A stretch of 63,973 nt of DNA, the filler included, from Rhizaria sp. SCN 62-66 (taxonomy: Eukaryota): NCBI GenBank assembly GCA_001724265.1. It is 3 parts of 3 records of this genome, joined end to end, with 100 filler letters (N's around TTAATTAATTAA, not from the genome) between each part and the next. Parts side by side here need not be neighbours in the genome. Positions count along the whole stretch, not along the records: positions 1 to 27,601 come from MEDY01000400.1; 2 more parts are not named here. The stretch is one strand, 5' to 3'. Below are positions 1-12,439 of this stretch, piece after piece (within the stretch, counting starts at the first letter, position 1; each line of letters starts with the position of its first letter). The notes beneath the pieces were generated by a model, which had not been told where the DNA came from, made no database searches, and saw only the letters and a program-made list of their open reading frames with translations. A program made the position numbers and the translations under genes.

Positions 1-109
1 CACAGGAAACGCCACCTTTATATACCCGCCCCGAAACGACCGTGGGTGGTGTTTGCCCCAGTGTGAGCCTGTGAGACTTGGTGTTTTATGCAGAATGTCA
101 GTTGTGACA
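1..109. repeat. Dispersed repeat, copy 1 (truncated at window start)
   Basis: Matches 55452-55560 at 105 of 109 nt by manual alignment. Confidence 0.9.
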
Positions 110-899
110 ACTGTCGGGCTACTTAAAGCGTAATGAATCTTGAAAAATACTAGAAGTCTTTCGTGTTTGGCAAAGGAGGCCAGCTTTGAGGGCTGAAACG
201 GCGTCGAAATGGATATTCTCACTAGATCATAACCGGATGCAGTGCCAAAATACATTGAAAACCTAGAAATAATAGAGTTGTTCTTCATAATAATACACAC
301 AATGTACGATGGCTCCGGTATATGCTCCAAATGTTTATCTCGCCCTGCGTCAGACAGACACCAACAGGAGGAGTGGGTTCAGTCAGACCAAGGGCCGTTT
401 TACGCTAGTTTTTGCGAACCGTCGTCTCTCACAATCATCACCACCAGTCAGCCTGTTGGTCGGTCAACGAGGGAATTGGGTCCACAGCACGCAAACGATC
501 GTCAGATAGACAATTTGGCATGTTCTCGTATATGTTGTTTACGGAATCTCCTAGTTATAATAGCGAAGACTCGTAGCTATGCGTATACTTCGAACTAATG
601 CCCCTTAGTTGTTCTGACGAACCAGACCCAACAGCTATCATGCAGCCTGCACTTTTCAAGTGCCTAACCACACAGATTACCGTCTATCACACTGCTATCC
701 CGACATCCGCATTTCACTTGTTTTCCGATAACCGTGCTTGCCTTTTTCTTTCTTACTGTGCAGCGCCAACCCCTCCAAGCCCTCTTCCCCATCTAGACCC
801 AACCTCCAAAGCCACACTCTCCGTCCCCCCCTCCCTTTGGACGGGCCCCACTCCCCCGCGCGTTACTGTCCCGCCGATCTCTCCGCACCAGCGCCAGCC

Positions 900-3800
900 A
901 TGGGCGGCAAGTTTTCCCGCGTGCAGTCCTACGACTGGCGCACGAGGGCGTACCGCGAAGTGTAGCCGTCGCTCCCCAGCGCCGCGCAGGCCATCTACCT
1001 GCCCTTCGACCCGCCCGCGCCGCCGCTCTCGGCCGGCTGGTGGGCCGACAAGTCCTCCCTCGCGTTCATCTACGGCGTCCGCGCCATCACGCCCGCGCTC
1101 GCGGCGTACCTGGTTGCTTGGACGGTGCTGCCCGCCGCGGCGCGGGCGTCGCAGCTCGGCGCGGCGGGGCTCCTGGCGGCGCTGCCGGCTGCGCTGCAAC
1201 GGCCGCTGCTGACGCTGCTCGTGGCCGCCTCGCGACTCATGCGCCCGCTCTTCGCTCTCAACGGCTGCAAGGCTGCTCACTCTGCGGCTGGGTCCGATGC
1301 GGCGACAGGAGTGCTGAATGCTAGTGCGAGTGTTGCAGTTGTACAGTCTCTCTTGACACTAATCACACGTGTCGGACGCTTGCTGCGGCCGTTGTCGGCA
1401 CTGCTGGCTCTGTTCCCGCGGCTGCTGACAGCACTAAACGAGCTCTCGATTGAGAAAGGTCTTTTGTCGATCTACTCTTCTCTCCTCACAAAACTTATTT
1501 CTCTATCACAGCTCGCCAACAACAGCAACAACAGCAACTCTGCAACCTCGGCAAGCTCAAACAAGAGCATCAGTAGCACTCTCAGCTTTGTCCTTTGCTC
1601 CAGTGCTAGCGCCACTACGCGCGCCAGTGCCACTGCGGCCGCGGCTTCAGCTGCGTCTGTGGGCCTGGCGAATCGGAGCCGCCTCGCGCGCTTGGGCGCA
1701 GTCCTGCTCACGGTCACTGCCCGGCTCTCCCAGCTCCTGCTGGCGATCCTCCCCGCGCGGCGCCACGTTGCACTGCTCTTCCGCGGCTTTGTCTATGCGC
1801 TGCGCGCCTGGTCAGTCGTCGAAGTTGCGTTCTACGGCTACTACCTGCACCGCCGGCGCGCGCTGACGAAGCGTTCCATCCCCGACGAGCTGCCGCCCAC
1901 GGCCGCGTTGCGGCGCGCGCACATCCGCCGCCTGCTCAACAACGTCATGGCGAGCGGTCGGTGCCCGATCCTGTTCATCCGCGCGTGGTACCGCGGCGCC
2001 GAGTTTAAGGACATCCGCCACGGAAACCTGCGCGAGTGGGTTTCTGGCTCTTTCTTCAACCGCGCGGTCGAGGAGTGCACAGAGGAGGAGGTCGCCGAGC
2101 TCGACGACACGATCGGGTACATCCAGCGCGCGACGGGGCTTGCGGCGTGCCGCGGATACAACAGTGCGGTGCCGTGCATCCGCTTCACGATGGATCCGCT
2201 CAACAGCGTCCACCGCCCGCTCGTCATGTACGCCGTGCTGCAGAGCACGGGGTACTTCGCCGGGCGCAACCTCTTCGCGCTGCTCGGCTTCAAGCAGGTC
2301 CAGGGCCCATTCTTCCGCTACTGGGTCCGCATTGCGCCCGGCAACGGCGGCGAGGAGCGGGCCAAGGCGCGCGGGCTGGCGCTGCAGCAGCAGAGGCTGC
2401 CGCCCGGCACTGTGCTGCGCGAAATGCCCAGCGACACGGCCGGCGCAGAGTTCGACAGCAGCACCAGCGCCAGCTGCGACAACTGGACGAACAGCAGCGC
2501 GAATGCGAGTATACGCGGGCCATATAGCAACATGGCGAGTTTCGACACCAATTACCCCGCGAACTCCTCGAGTGCCGGCAACAGCTTCGGCAGTGCTGGC
2601 TCAAGTGCGAGTGTGCCGAAGGCAACGGGTGTGTGGGACGAATTTGCACCTGAACACACCGCGTACGGCGCTGGTCGCCCTCGGCCTCAAAAGATCAACA
2701 GCAAGAACAATAGCAGCAGAGGCAATAGCTCGCGCTCGAGTGCAAACTCGAGCTTCAATCAGAACCAGCAAAACAGTGACCACATCAGCAGTACCTCTGC
2801 GAACGGCGGCGCTGGCGCAGAGTGGCCTAACTCTTCGCACTCGCGGCGGCCTAGCTTTGACCACGGCGCGTTCGCGGACCCTGTCGAGGCCGCTGAAGCC
2901 GCGGCGGGCGCCGTGGTCTTTTGCCACGGCATCGGCATCGGCGCGTGGACGTATATGCCGCTGCTGTACCAGCTCATCCAGCGCTACCCCCACCGCGACG
3001 TCTTCGTGCCCGAGTTCGACTACGTGTCGATGCGCCTGTCCGAGTACGTGCCCTCCGCGCGCCAGAACGCCTCGGGCGTGCGGCTCATGCTGGCCGAGTA
3101 CGGGCACGAAACGGCGGTGCTCATGGGGCACTCGTACGGCACGTTCGTCGTGAGCTACTGCCTCCGCTTTGCGACGCGCATTGTGGAACACGTGATCCTG
3201 ATCGACCCCGTGTGCTTCCTGATTCATCAGGTCGACGGCCCCTTCCAGTTCCTGTTCGCTCCGCCGTCGTGCGCGCAGTCGCGGATGATCCACTTCCTGG
3301 CGCAGACAGAGCTGGGCGTCGTGCACACGCTCTCGCGCAGGCTTTGGTGGTACCAGGTACGGCAAACCGCGTAACCTATAACAAAGTCAATTGCTTTGAC
3401 AACAATACTAACATGCAATTGAGTCCGCGTTTCATTGAATCTCGTTCAACTGTAAACATGTTATTTCTCTCTCTGACTCTCACAAACTTTACTTCATCTT
3501 TGTTTTCACTCACTATTATTCATCTCAGGCAATCCTGTGGGAAGACTGCATCCCCACGGGCTCCACGGTGGTGCTCTCTGCGCGCGACACGATCGTGCCC
3601 TCCGCGGCCGTGCGCCACTACCTGCAGCACTCGAGCGACCGTGTGCGCGTGCTCTGGCTTGAGCGCCTCGCTCACGCCGGCTTCATCGCCAACCCCGTCG
3701 CGCTGAACCAGGTGCTCGACTGCATTGCGCCCTTCACGCCGCAACCCTACGGTGTGACGCCCATCCCGCGGCCGCCGCGCGTGCCGTGCGCGCCGCCCTG

Positions 3801-6579
3801 CCCGGCCTCGGACACGAGCTTCGACGCGTCTCTGCTGTCGCCAGTCACGGCCAGCGTGCGCAGCGGGGCCGGCCACGGTCACAGTGCCCACGGTTTGTGC
3901 GTCCACGGGCACAGTGCTCACGGTCAGTGCGCTCATGGTCATAGCTCGGAGCATGGGCAGCCGTGCGGCGGCGCATGCGACGATGGTGATAACAACAGTG
4001 TTGATGTTGATGGCTATCACTATGGCCGTGTCGACACGATTCCTCTTGCGAAGCTGCCTCACAACCTGCGGTCTTCAGCCCCAGCATCTGGTGCGAGTGC
4101 TAACGCGAACACTAGCAACGAGGTCAACAGCAACACGGGCTGCGACGCGACTGGCAAGTCGAGTGGCGGCAACTCGTTTGTGTTGTCGCCGACGATGGCC
4201 ATTTCGTCCGCCGTTGCCGCAGCGGGGGCGCACCTGGCCTCGGCAGTGTCGTTCTTCCGCAAGCAAAGCACTGCGGCCGTCACTGATAACGATGTCAGCC
4301 CGAGCTCTGAGTCTGCGACCGTGAATGACAACGACGTTGACGATGCCAATGCGGACTCGGTTACTGCGACTGCGACGGTAGCCTCTGCAACCGCGACTGC
4401 GTCGATGCCGACTCTGACCGACGTGGGCCTCTCGACCGTCTTCCGCGTGCCCGCCCTGATCCCGGCCGCGGTCTCCGGCACCGGATCCGACGTGCCGGCC
4501 ACGATCGAGCACGACCCCACGCAGCCGCACCGCGCCGCGATCCTCTTCGGCCCGCTGCCCGGCGACGCGTACGGCGCGCGCACTGGCGGAGACTGTGCGA
4601 CCACTGCGGCCGACATCGTCACGAGCGTTCACACCAGCGATAATTGCTGTGATGCTAACCAAGACAGCAACAAGGTGTCGTTTGCTAAGCAGAACCTCTC
4701 TGCCTCTGACCAAGCCACAGCAATTGCTGCCGCTGCGGCAGCGACTGCGATCGCAGCGGCTACGTCTCTTAGCAACAACAACTCCAACTCGAGCGGACTG
4801 TCGGAGCTCAACAGTGGAAGTCCCAGCAGCGACAGCAAGAGTACTGTTAATGTCGGTTCTAGCGTTGGTGGCACTCCTGCTGTCGCGACGACTATCATTG
4901 TCGACGGTGTCCGCCGCTACGGTCACTCCGGCGCGCGCGTGTGCGCCGCGACGTGCGTGTCGGCGTGCTGTGTGCGCCGCTACTTCGCGCCCTTCGTCCC
5001 CACGAAGCTGCCCGGCGGCATTGCAGGCGCGGCGGCGCACCTGCGGGAGCACGAGGAAGCCAACGCTCTCTCGCGCAAGTTTGCCACCGCTCACGCGAAC
5101 GCCAACTTCAACGCTGACACAGAAGGTGGGGACGGTAACGGTGAAGGCAGCAGCTTCGACCGGAACGGGATGTACAGCGGACGCTGGGCTGATCGTAACG
5201 GCATTGCTCTGGCCCACGCAGACAGCGATGGCGATGAAGACTCCGAGCTGAAGACGCAGCAGCAGCAAAAACAACAACAACATCTGCAGTCCGTGAAGTC
5301 ACACGATTTTAGCCACAGAAGCACTTTGAGCACGTCGATTATTAGTAAGACTAGCGATACAGCCGATGTTGACACGAGTTTCGACTCTGTCGCTGTGGCC
5401 AACGCTGAGTGCACAGCCGCGGCTATCCAAGCCGCGGTCACTGCTGCCGGTCAGAACGTCAACGCTGGTGACCCCAACGTCAGCTTTAATGGTCACGACG
5501 ACTCGTTCGACGCAAGCTCCAGTGACTACCCGAGCAACGCTGGCGGTGGCGCCAGCGCGAGCGCGACTGCAACACCACGTGTTAGTAAACTGCAAAACTC
5601 GCCGTTCACTCCCAACAGCAGCACGGGCAACGCGGGCACTAGCAGCGTCGCTCGTGGCTCGGCGCATGCCCACTACCACAGCCGCGGCGGCAAGGGCCCT
5701 CGCGTCGAGTACGTGCCCCCGTCCGTGCACGCTGCGCTCAGCGCCGAGTCAGCGAGCATTGCTGCAGCGGCAACTGCAGCGGCCGCGGAGCGCGATGACT
5801 TGAGTGACGCGATGTCGACCGACAATCACTTCTTTAGCACGATTGCGCGCGCAAGCGGTGTTGCTATCAAAACGACGCCACAGGTTTCTAACAACAACGG
5901 TCGAGCGAACGCTGACTTCAGCAACACTGTTAGTGTGAACGACAACGTGTTCGTGAAGTCTCCGCTTGTTGTCATGATGTCTGCATCGTCTTCCGCGTCA
6001 TCGCTCTCCGGACTGTCAACTGCAAGCAGCAGCGTTACCGCGAACAACGCAGCCGCCAGAGCCACGAACCTTGCCGAGTCCAAGTGCGACTCTGGCTCCG
6101 TGAACAGTGCAGACGCTCGCGCAGGCTCTAACGTTAATGCCACAACGACGACGACAACGACGACGACAACAACCGGTGCCGGTCCTCGCCTCCGTCTCCG
6201 CTACAACAACGAAAACAACGCAAACACTGCCAACGTCACAGGCGACGCGAGCAACACACCGCACGTTCCCTCTCTAACTTCAGTGAACCCTAGCGACGAC
6301 ACATCAGCCGCGACGAGCCGCAGTCCTGATACTGCTGCTGCTGCTGTTGTGAACGAGAATGGTGACGCTGCAGCGGCGGTCGACGTGCACGGCTACTACG
6401 AGCGCAACTACGTCGCCCCTGTGCGCGCCAAGACCTTTGCGCCGCCCGCGCTGGACGAGCACGGCAACGAGGCGCGCTGCGGACCCACGCCCAAGCCGCT
6501 TGTGCTGCGCAACCTGCCCTCGCCGCACGGCGGGGCCGAGGCCACCGAGCTTGCCAGCCAGGGACTCCACTATGTCTGA
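900..6579 (+). CDS. Alpha/beta-hydrolase fold protein with hydrophobic N-terminal segments and a long low-complexity tail, ~1835 aa; in-frame TAG at 963-965
   Basis: Exons 900-3356 and 3529-6579; intron 3357-3528 (GTACGG..CAG, phase 0). Start MGGKFS. Motifs HGIGIG, GHSYG (nucleophile elbow), LIDPV, SARDTIV (candidate acid) and LAHAGF (candidate His). Ends TGA. Confidence 0.8.
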
Positions 6580-7153
6580 GCGCGAAGCTACGGGGTCTGT
6601 GACCGGCTTAAGCAAATCATGATGGTTTATGCTGTTGCGAACATGTTGAGTTGATGTTGTTTATTTTTACAAGTCATAGGGCAGGTCTGCGTCGCGCTGG
6701 CCTCAATCGATTATTTCTCCAACCAGATTCAATTAACTTTGTAAAGACGCACACTTTGCGCGTAGTATACGTTTCTTTCATCAACACTGGCTCGGCTAGA
6801 GCGTGTTACATTCTAGTTTGTTAATTTTAAGTTTCCCCCCTCTGTTTTAAATAATCGGACTTCGTTTTGTCTTAGCCTTTTTGGGCAGCAAAGTAACGTA
6901 AACCCAAACCATTCATTCACAGTGCATTGTACGTACACAGCACGTAGACTCAAACCATGATATCTAAGTGCCTCTCGACCGCATTGCGACATGAATACTT
7001 GTGATATCTTTCATTCCTCTGAATACAAATATCTTTTTGAATTGTACTCAGCAACAACAGCTAACAAGTACACATACAAGGCACTGTTAGGTTTGTCTAA
7101 GAAGACCTATAATCTTGATCCGTATGCCAGTTGTTCCCAGCGAGCACGCTTAC

Positions 7154-10100
7154 TCAACCAGAGGTAACACTGCTGCCAAACGAGTACGCGTCGCCGCTGG
7201 CCCCAGTGACAGCGCCGGTGCCAGCAGAGCCGAACTGGGCGGCACGGTACCGGACGCTGCCCGCAGCAGCGCCGGCCCTGCCCTTGGCGGCCGCGGGCTG
7301 CGGCTTGGCAGTGCCGGCGAGCAGCACGCTCGTGCCAGCCTTGGTCACGGTCTTGATGCTACTCGTGCCAGTGATAGCGCTCTTGTTGTTGTTGCTGTTC
7401 AGGATGCGTGAGACGATGTTGGCGCCGTTATGATACGCGTTCTCGTCGTTGTCAGCGCCACTGCTGCTGCGGCCGCTGCTGCTGCTACTGCTACTACTGC
7501 TACTGCGGCTGCTAGTTGTATTGGAGGCAAGGAGCACAGAGCCGCCGTGGCGTCCGTCGGCGGCAGCGGCGGCCGGCACGGCAGCGGCCTTGCGTGCGCG
7601 CTTTGCAGCAGGCGCCTTGGCACTAGAATCAGTTACTCCAGAGTCAGTAGCGTCGGCGTCAGTGAGCGCGTTGGAGTCAGTCCAGTCAGTGTTCTCAGTG
7701 CTCGCGTTGGTGCCAGCGTCAGAGTCGGCGTTTGAATGAGACTGAATACTCAGAGCGCGTTTGCGAGCTGCGGCTGCGAGCATTGTCGGCGAAGTTAAGC
7801 CGCGCGCAGAAGTCAAGCCGCCGGCCGGCGTCAGACCACTCAGGGTCTTAGATGCGTGAGCGCCAGAGCTAAAGCTAGAAGTTGAGCTGATGGTTGTGGC
7901 TGCAGCGCCAGCAGTGGGCGCAAAGGAAGTTAGGCCGCCTAGCAGCACGCTGCGCGGGGCGCCGGCGCCGGACCTATGCGTACTGCTGAAGCCGTGTGTG
8001 CCTGGAAATAACAGCGAGGAGGTGCCACCTGAACCGGCAGTGCTAGCAAGCAACAACGATGACGACGAAGAGGAGCTGCTAGAGAGCATGGAGGTGGACA
8101 TGGCAGCGCGTTCAGTCGACGCGCTTAAGGCACCCTTAGCAGTGGCGCCACGACTGTTGCTTGAATCGTCAGTGACAGTGCTGCTGCTGCCGCTGTTGTA
8201 GTGTTCAGAGTCAACGAAAGAGAATATACCGCCGCTCTTGGTCGCAGCCGCCGCGGCAACGCTCTTACTGACAGCAGCGTTCATCCTGCCCATCACCGCA
8301 GCGCCGCCGCTCGGCCTTCCTCTCGCGTTGCTTGTGTTCGTGTTGGCCGTGTTCTTGTCCCCTGCGACATCGATGCGGTGGACCGGCTTGCGCGAGGGCG
8401 CCGGCCCGCGCTTGAGCACGTCCTTGTACGTGTGCACAAGCTCGCGGCCCACCATCGCCGCGACGCACACGCGCACCGCCGCCTCAGCGCGCTCCTCCGC
8501 GTTCAGCCCGCTCACCGCTCCTGCACCGGTGTGCGTGGGGCGGGGGCAGATGCGCGCGACTGCGGGGGCGTGCGCGGCCGCCAGCGCCGAGACTGTGGTG
8601 CCTAGTGCAGCCGCGAGCACGTGGCGGCAGAAGGCGTTGAAGTCGTGCGGCGACACGGCGCCGAACGCGGCGGGATCGCGCTTGCGGACAGGCAAGCTGT
8701 GGTAGTCGGTGTAGTCGCTGCGCTCGAGGCCGCTGTCACTGTCACTTTCGCTCCCGCCTGCACCGGTCCTGGCGCTGGCACTGGCACTGGTGGCGCTGTC
8801 AGTCGCCGCCTTAGTCTTAAGGTGACTATGGGCGGCGGTATGGGCGGGCTGGCGAGCAGTCGCAGTGCCGGACTCACTGTCGCTGCTGGACGACTGTGAG
8901 GCGAGCTGGCTAGGGCTGAAGCGGCCCTTGGTCGCAGCACCCTTAGAAGTGCTCATTGCGCGTTTCGAGCTCGCTTGCTGAGTTGCAACTTTTGTTGCTC
9001 CAGTCACGGAGCGAGCGCTCTTGGTCCTAGTGTCACCGCTCTGGTGACTCTCGATGTCGTAGCTGCTGCCGGCGGCATTCTTGGCGACTCCACGCTTGCC
9101 GGCGCGGCGCTGAGTCATTGCGTAGCTGTCATCCTCGTCATTATCGTCGTCGATGATATAGCCGTTAGCGCCCGTGTCATCGTCGGTATCCTCAGTGAGG
9201 TGGTGGTCCAAGGCGCCCGCCGCGACGACCGAGACGGCCGGGGTGCGGGGCATCGCGGCGGCGGCCTCGGCCTCGCTGTCGTCACCGTGGCTGTACAGAC
9301 CGTAGCTGTAGCCGTGACTGCGGGCGTGGCTGGAGCTGTGAAGCGATGCGCCGGTGTCGCGCTTGTGAGAGTCCTTGCTCCGAGCGCTCTTGGGCCGGTC
9401 CAGAGTGAGATACAGCGGGCCCGTCGGCTGCGGCGCCGGCGCCTCGTAGTCATCGTCCTCGTCGGCAATTGTGCCGCTAATGCCGTCGCTGATGCCGCCA
9501 CTGACGCTGCCGCCGCCGCCGAAGGAACCAGCACCAGTGGCCGCGAGCTCGGCTTGCTCACGGTCGCTCGCGTCACCGCCGTTGCCGCCGTCGCCACTCT
9601 TGGACTCCGCGTCAAAGCGGCTGCTCCGACGGACACCATCGCCAACGCGACTGCTGTCACTAGTGAGGCTGGTGTTGTTCGCGACTTTGGCGCGCTTGCC
9701 ACCGGCACTCGCGACGCCCCCGGTCAGACTGGCGTTACTGCGGCTTTCACTAGCGTGCAAGCTTGTGTTGGCGTCGTTGCTGCTGCTCTGGAGCCGCTTG
9801 GAGCGCGCGGACCGCAGCGACAGCCGCTGCTGCATTGCCGTCGCCAGCCGCTCGCCGCTGCCAGTGCTTTGCGCTGTGGCCGCGGTGGCTGCCGAGCCAG
9901 TCGAGGCAACGGAAGCCGCGCCGACCGAGCCCGCGCTGTCGAGCACTGTAGGGCCGCGGCGCGGGCGCATGAAGCCAGTCAAACTGCTGCTGTTGGTGTT
10001 GATACTAGCGCTGCCGAGTGTGCTGGGGGCGAGTGACACGCGGGCATCACCGCCGATGTGGCCGCTCTTGTAGCCGTCGTCACCGCCGCCGAACTCGTCG

Positions 10101-11642
10101 TTGGAGTGATCGTCAGCGTCGTCGGCGAAGGGCGGCGGCGAGCCCCGTGTTATGGCAGTGGTCTGCGACAGGTTGGATGGCGACGTAAAGTCAACGCCAG
10201 CGCCAACACCAATGCCGTGATCGAGAGCAGTAGAATGACTGTGAGCGGCCCCAGTACTTGACTGCGACGCAGTGACCGTGACGCTGTGACTGCCGCCGCT
10301 GGCGTCAGCAGCGCCGTGGCCCGCGATCGCGCGCGCCGCGTCCCCGCGCAGCACGGTCGCTGCGTGGTACTCGCGGCCCTCGTCCTCCCCCCACCCGCGG
10401 GAGTCGTAGTTGCTGTTATGGGCGCTGTCTCCGAGGTCAAGCTCACCACCAGCGCTCGCGCTTGCACCCGAGTCATCGGCGCCATCGGTCATCGCCGCTC
10501 CTGCGCTTAAGGCGCCGTCAGCGCTCGCGTCGGCGCGGGATTTAGCAACAGCAGCGGAGCCTGAGGCGACTGCGCCCTCGACAAACGAGTCGGCAATAGA
10601 CTTCATCTTGACGGAGACTTCGTGGAACCGGGTCTTGACTTCGCCGACGCGCACCTTGAACGGGCGCTGCTCGAACACAAGCGCGTCGCTCTCGGCCCCG
10701 GGCCGGAAGTATTGCGGCTCGTAGTCCTCGGGCGTGATCCCGTCGCGGTACTGTAGCTTCACCGTGATGTACCGGTGTTGCGGCAGCGACTTGAGGGTCT
10801 GCGCCAGCGTCACGAGGGTGCGGATAAGGCGCACTGTCGAGTCGCGGATCTCCTCTTTGGTGGTGACGGGCGCGGTGTGGCTGGCGCCGCCCTCGGTCGT
10901 GTGCGTCATCGACATCGCTGTGAGGGGAAAGTCACGAAAGTAGAGTAAAACAAGCAGATGTTTAAGGAAAATTGGAAAATATTGCTCTCAATGATACAAC
11001 TATAAAGAAAAAATGCATAACTAAGTTATTTTAAGTTGCCGCTGGGTTTTAAATAGAGCGTTATGTTTCAAATTGAGACGCAACGTACAGGGACCGAGAC
11101 AGAGCCCGTCGGCCTCTTCGGGGTAGTCAACGTGGAACTGGTAGCACTCGAGCAGCGTGTTGCGGTCCTCGCCCTTGGCGTAGACGGCAAACACCACGTC
11201 TGACAGGTAGTGCTTGTCGAGCGCGTCGAACACGCCCTGCTCGAGCCAGTTGATCAGGAGCTGGGACTCGGGCCGCGTGGGCAGCAGGGTGCGGATCGTG
11301 AGGCCGGTGAGCTTCTTGTCCTGGAAACAGTCCTCCGGAAAGAGGTTACGGAGGTAGACGATGCTGCTGATTGCCGTGCGGACCAGGTTCTGTGGGTGAA
11401 AAGTCGAGTTTTTCAGGGCGTTGGGAGCGAGTGAAAGGCGAGTATGAGCAAGAATGCTAGAGCAGAGAGGGACGTTGCTGAGCTGCGAGGCCAAAGCAGG
11501 AAGATAGATCGGACGTCATGAAATAGCACCGCAACATATTGGAAACAATGCGTACCTTGACGAGAGTGGTTGATTGCTGTACTGTAATCTCGTCCTGAAC
11601 GGTGCGCTGGCGCTGGAGTTGTGCGCCTCCGAGAGTCGCCAT
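7154..11642 (-). CDS. HOP1: Meiotic HORMA-domain protein (HOP1/ASY1/HORMAD-like), ~1383 aa
   Basis: Exons 11642-11556, 11389-11089 and 10917-7154 with frame-consistent GTACG..CAG introns. HORMA motifs: NLVRTAISSIVYLRNLFPEDCF, WLEQGVFDALDKHYL, LLECYQF, LIRTLVTLAQTLKSLP, ITPEDYEPQYF, VGEVKTRFHEVSVK. Long Ser/Ala-rich tail. Ends TGA. Confidence 0.85.
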
Positions 11643-12321
11643 ACCAGCTGCTGTGGAGGATCAAGAGGGAGCATGTGATATGAGATAAACGTGACGCCAT
11701 CTTGCAAAATAAAGTAGGATTCTTTCAAGTTTTCAGTGTAATCCTGCCAAATTTTGTGACTGGAAAATGATTAATGTCGTTTGAGAGCAAGGGTACAACC
11801 GCCAAGATTTCGGTTTGGCGTCAAGTTCAGAGCTCTGCAACTTGAAAAAGAATTTGAGTGACACTTGGCAGCGACTTGATCTAAATCGGTAGCAACAGTC
11901 ACACTTGAATAAAGCACATAATTCGCAATTCAAACAAACGCGGTGTGTACATGTATGTTTATTTTTGTTATTTGAACGAATTTTCCAGCTTTTTATCACA
12001 CGTATCGACCATGAATGAATTACGGTTCATTCTTTGGTGTTTCCACCGTCCAATGGTAAGCCATCACTAAACGTGTACTGCCTTGATACCGCATTATCAT
12101 GTTATCCTCCCAATGTAATCGTATTTTGGCAGACCCATAATTTCACACAAATGAACATTGAGGGCATTGATAAAAGACTTGACCTTAGTTGAAAAAAAGG
12201 CTAAAGGACAGGATTGATTCCGCACTTACAACTCTTTCAGTGCCAGAACTCCTCAAGCTCAGCAAGCAATCCACCACAAGAGATATCTTTTGTGCACTTT
12301 TTATCCAAGAGGGGATACCGC

Positions 12322-12390
12322 TCATGCGCCCTTGTTGTGATCATCATCGTCACTATCGTCCCCGACCTCCGCGTCGCCCATCATCATCTG

Positions 12391-12439
<49 letters not shown>

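Noticed and set aside
3870-3960. His-Gly-rich repeats (HGHSAHG) as a CRISPR-like or mobile repeat
   Set aside because: They are degenerate coding repeats within the hydrolase tail, with no repeat-spacer structure.
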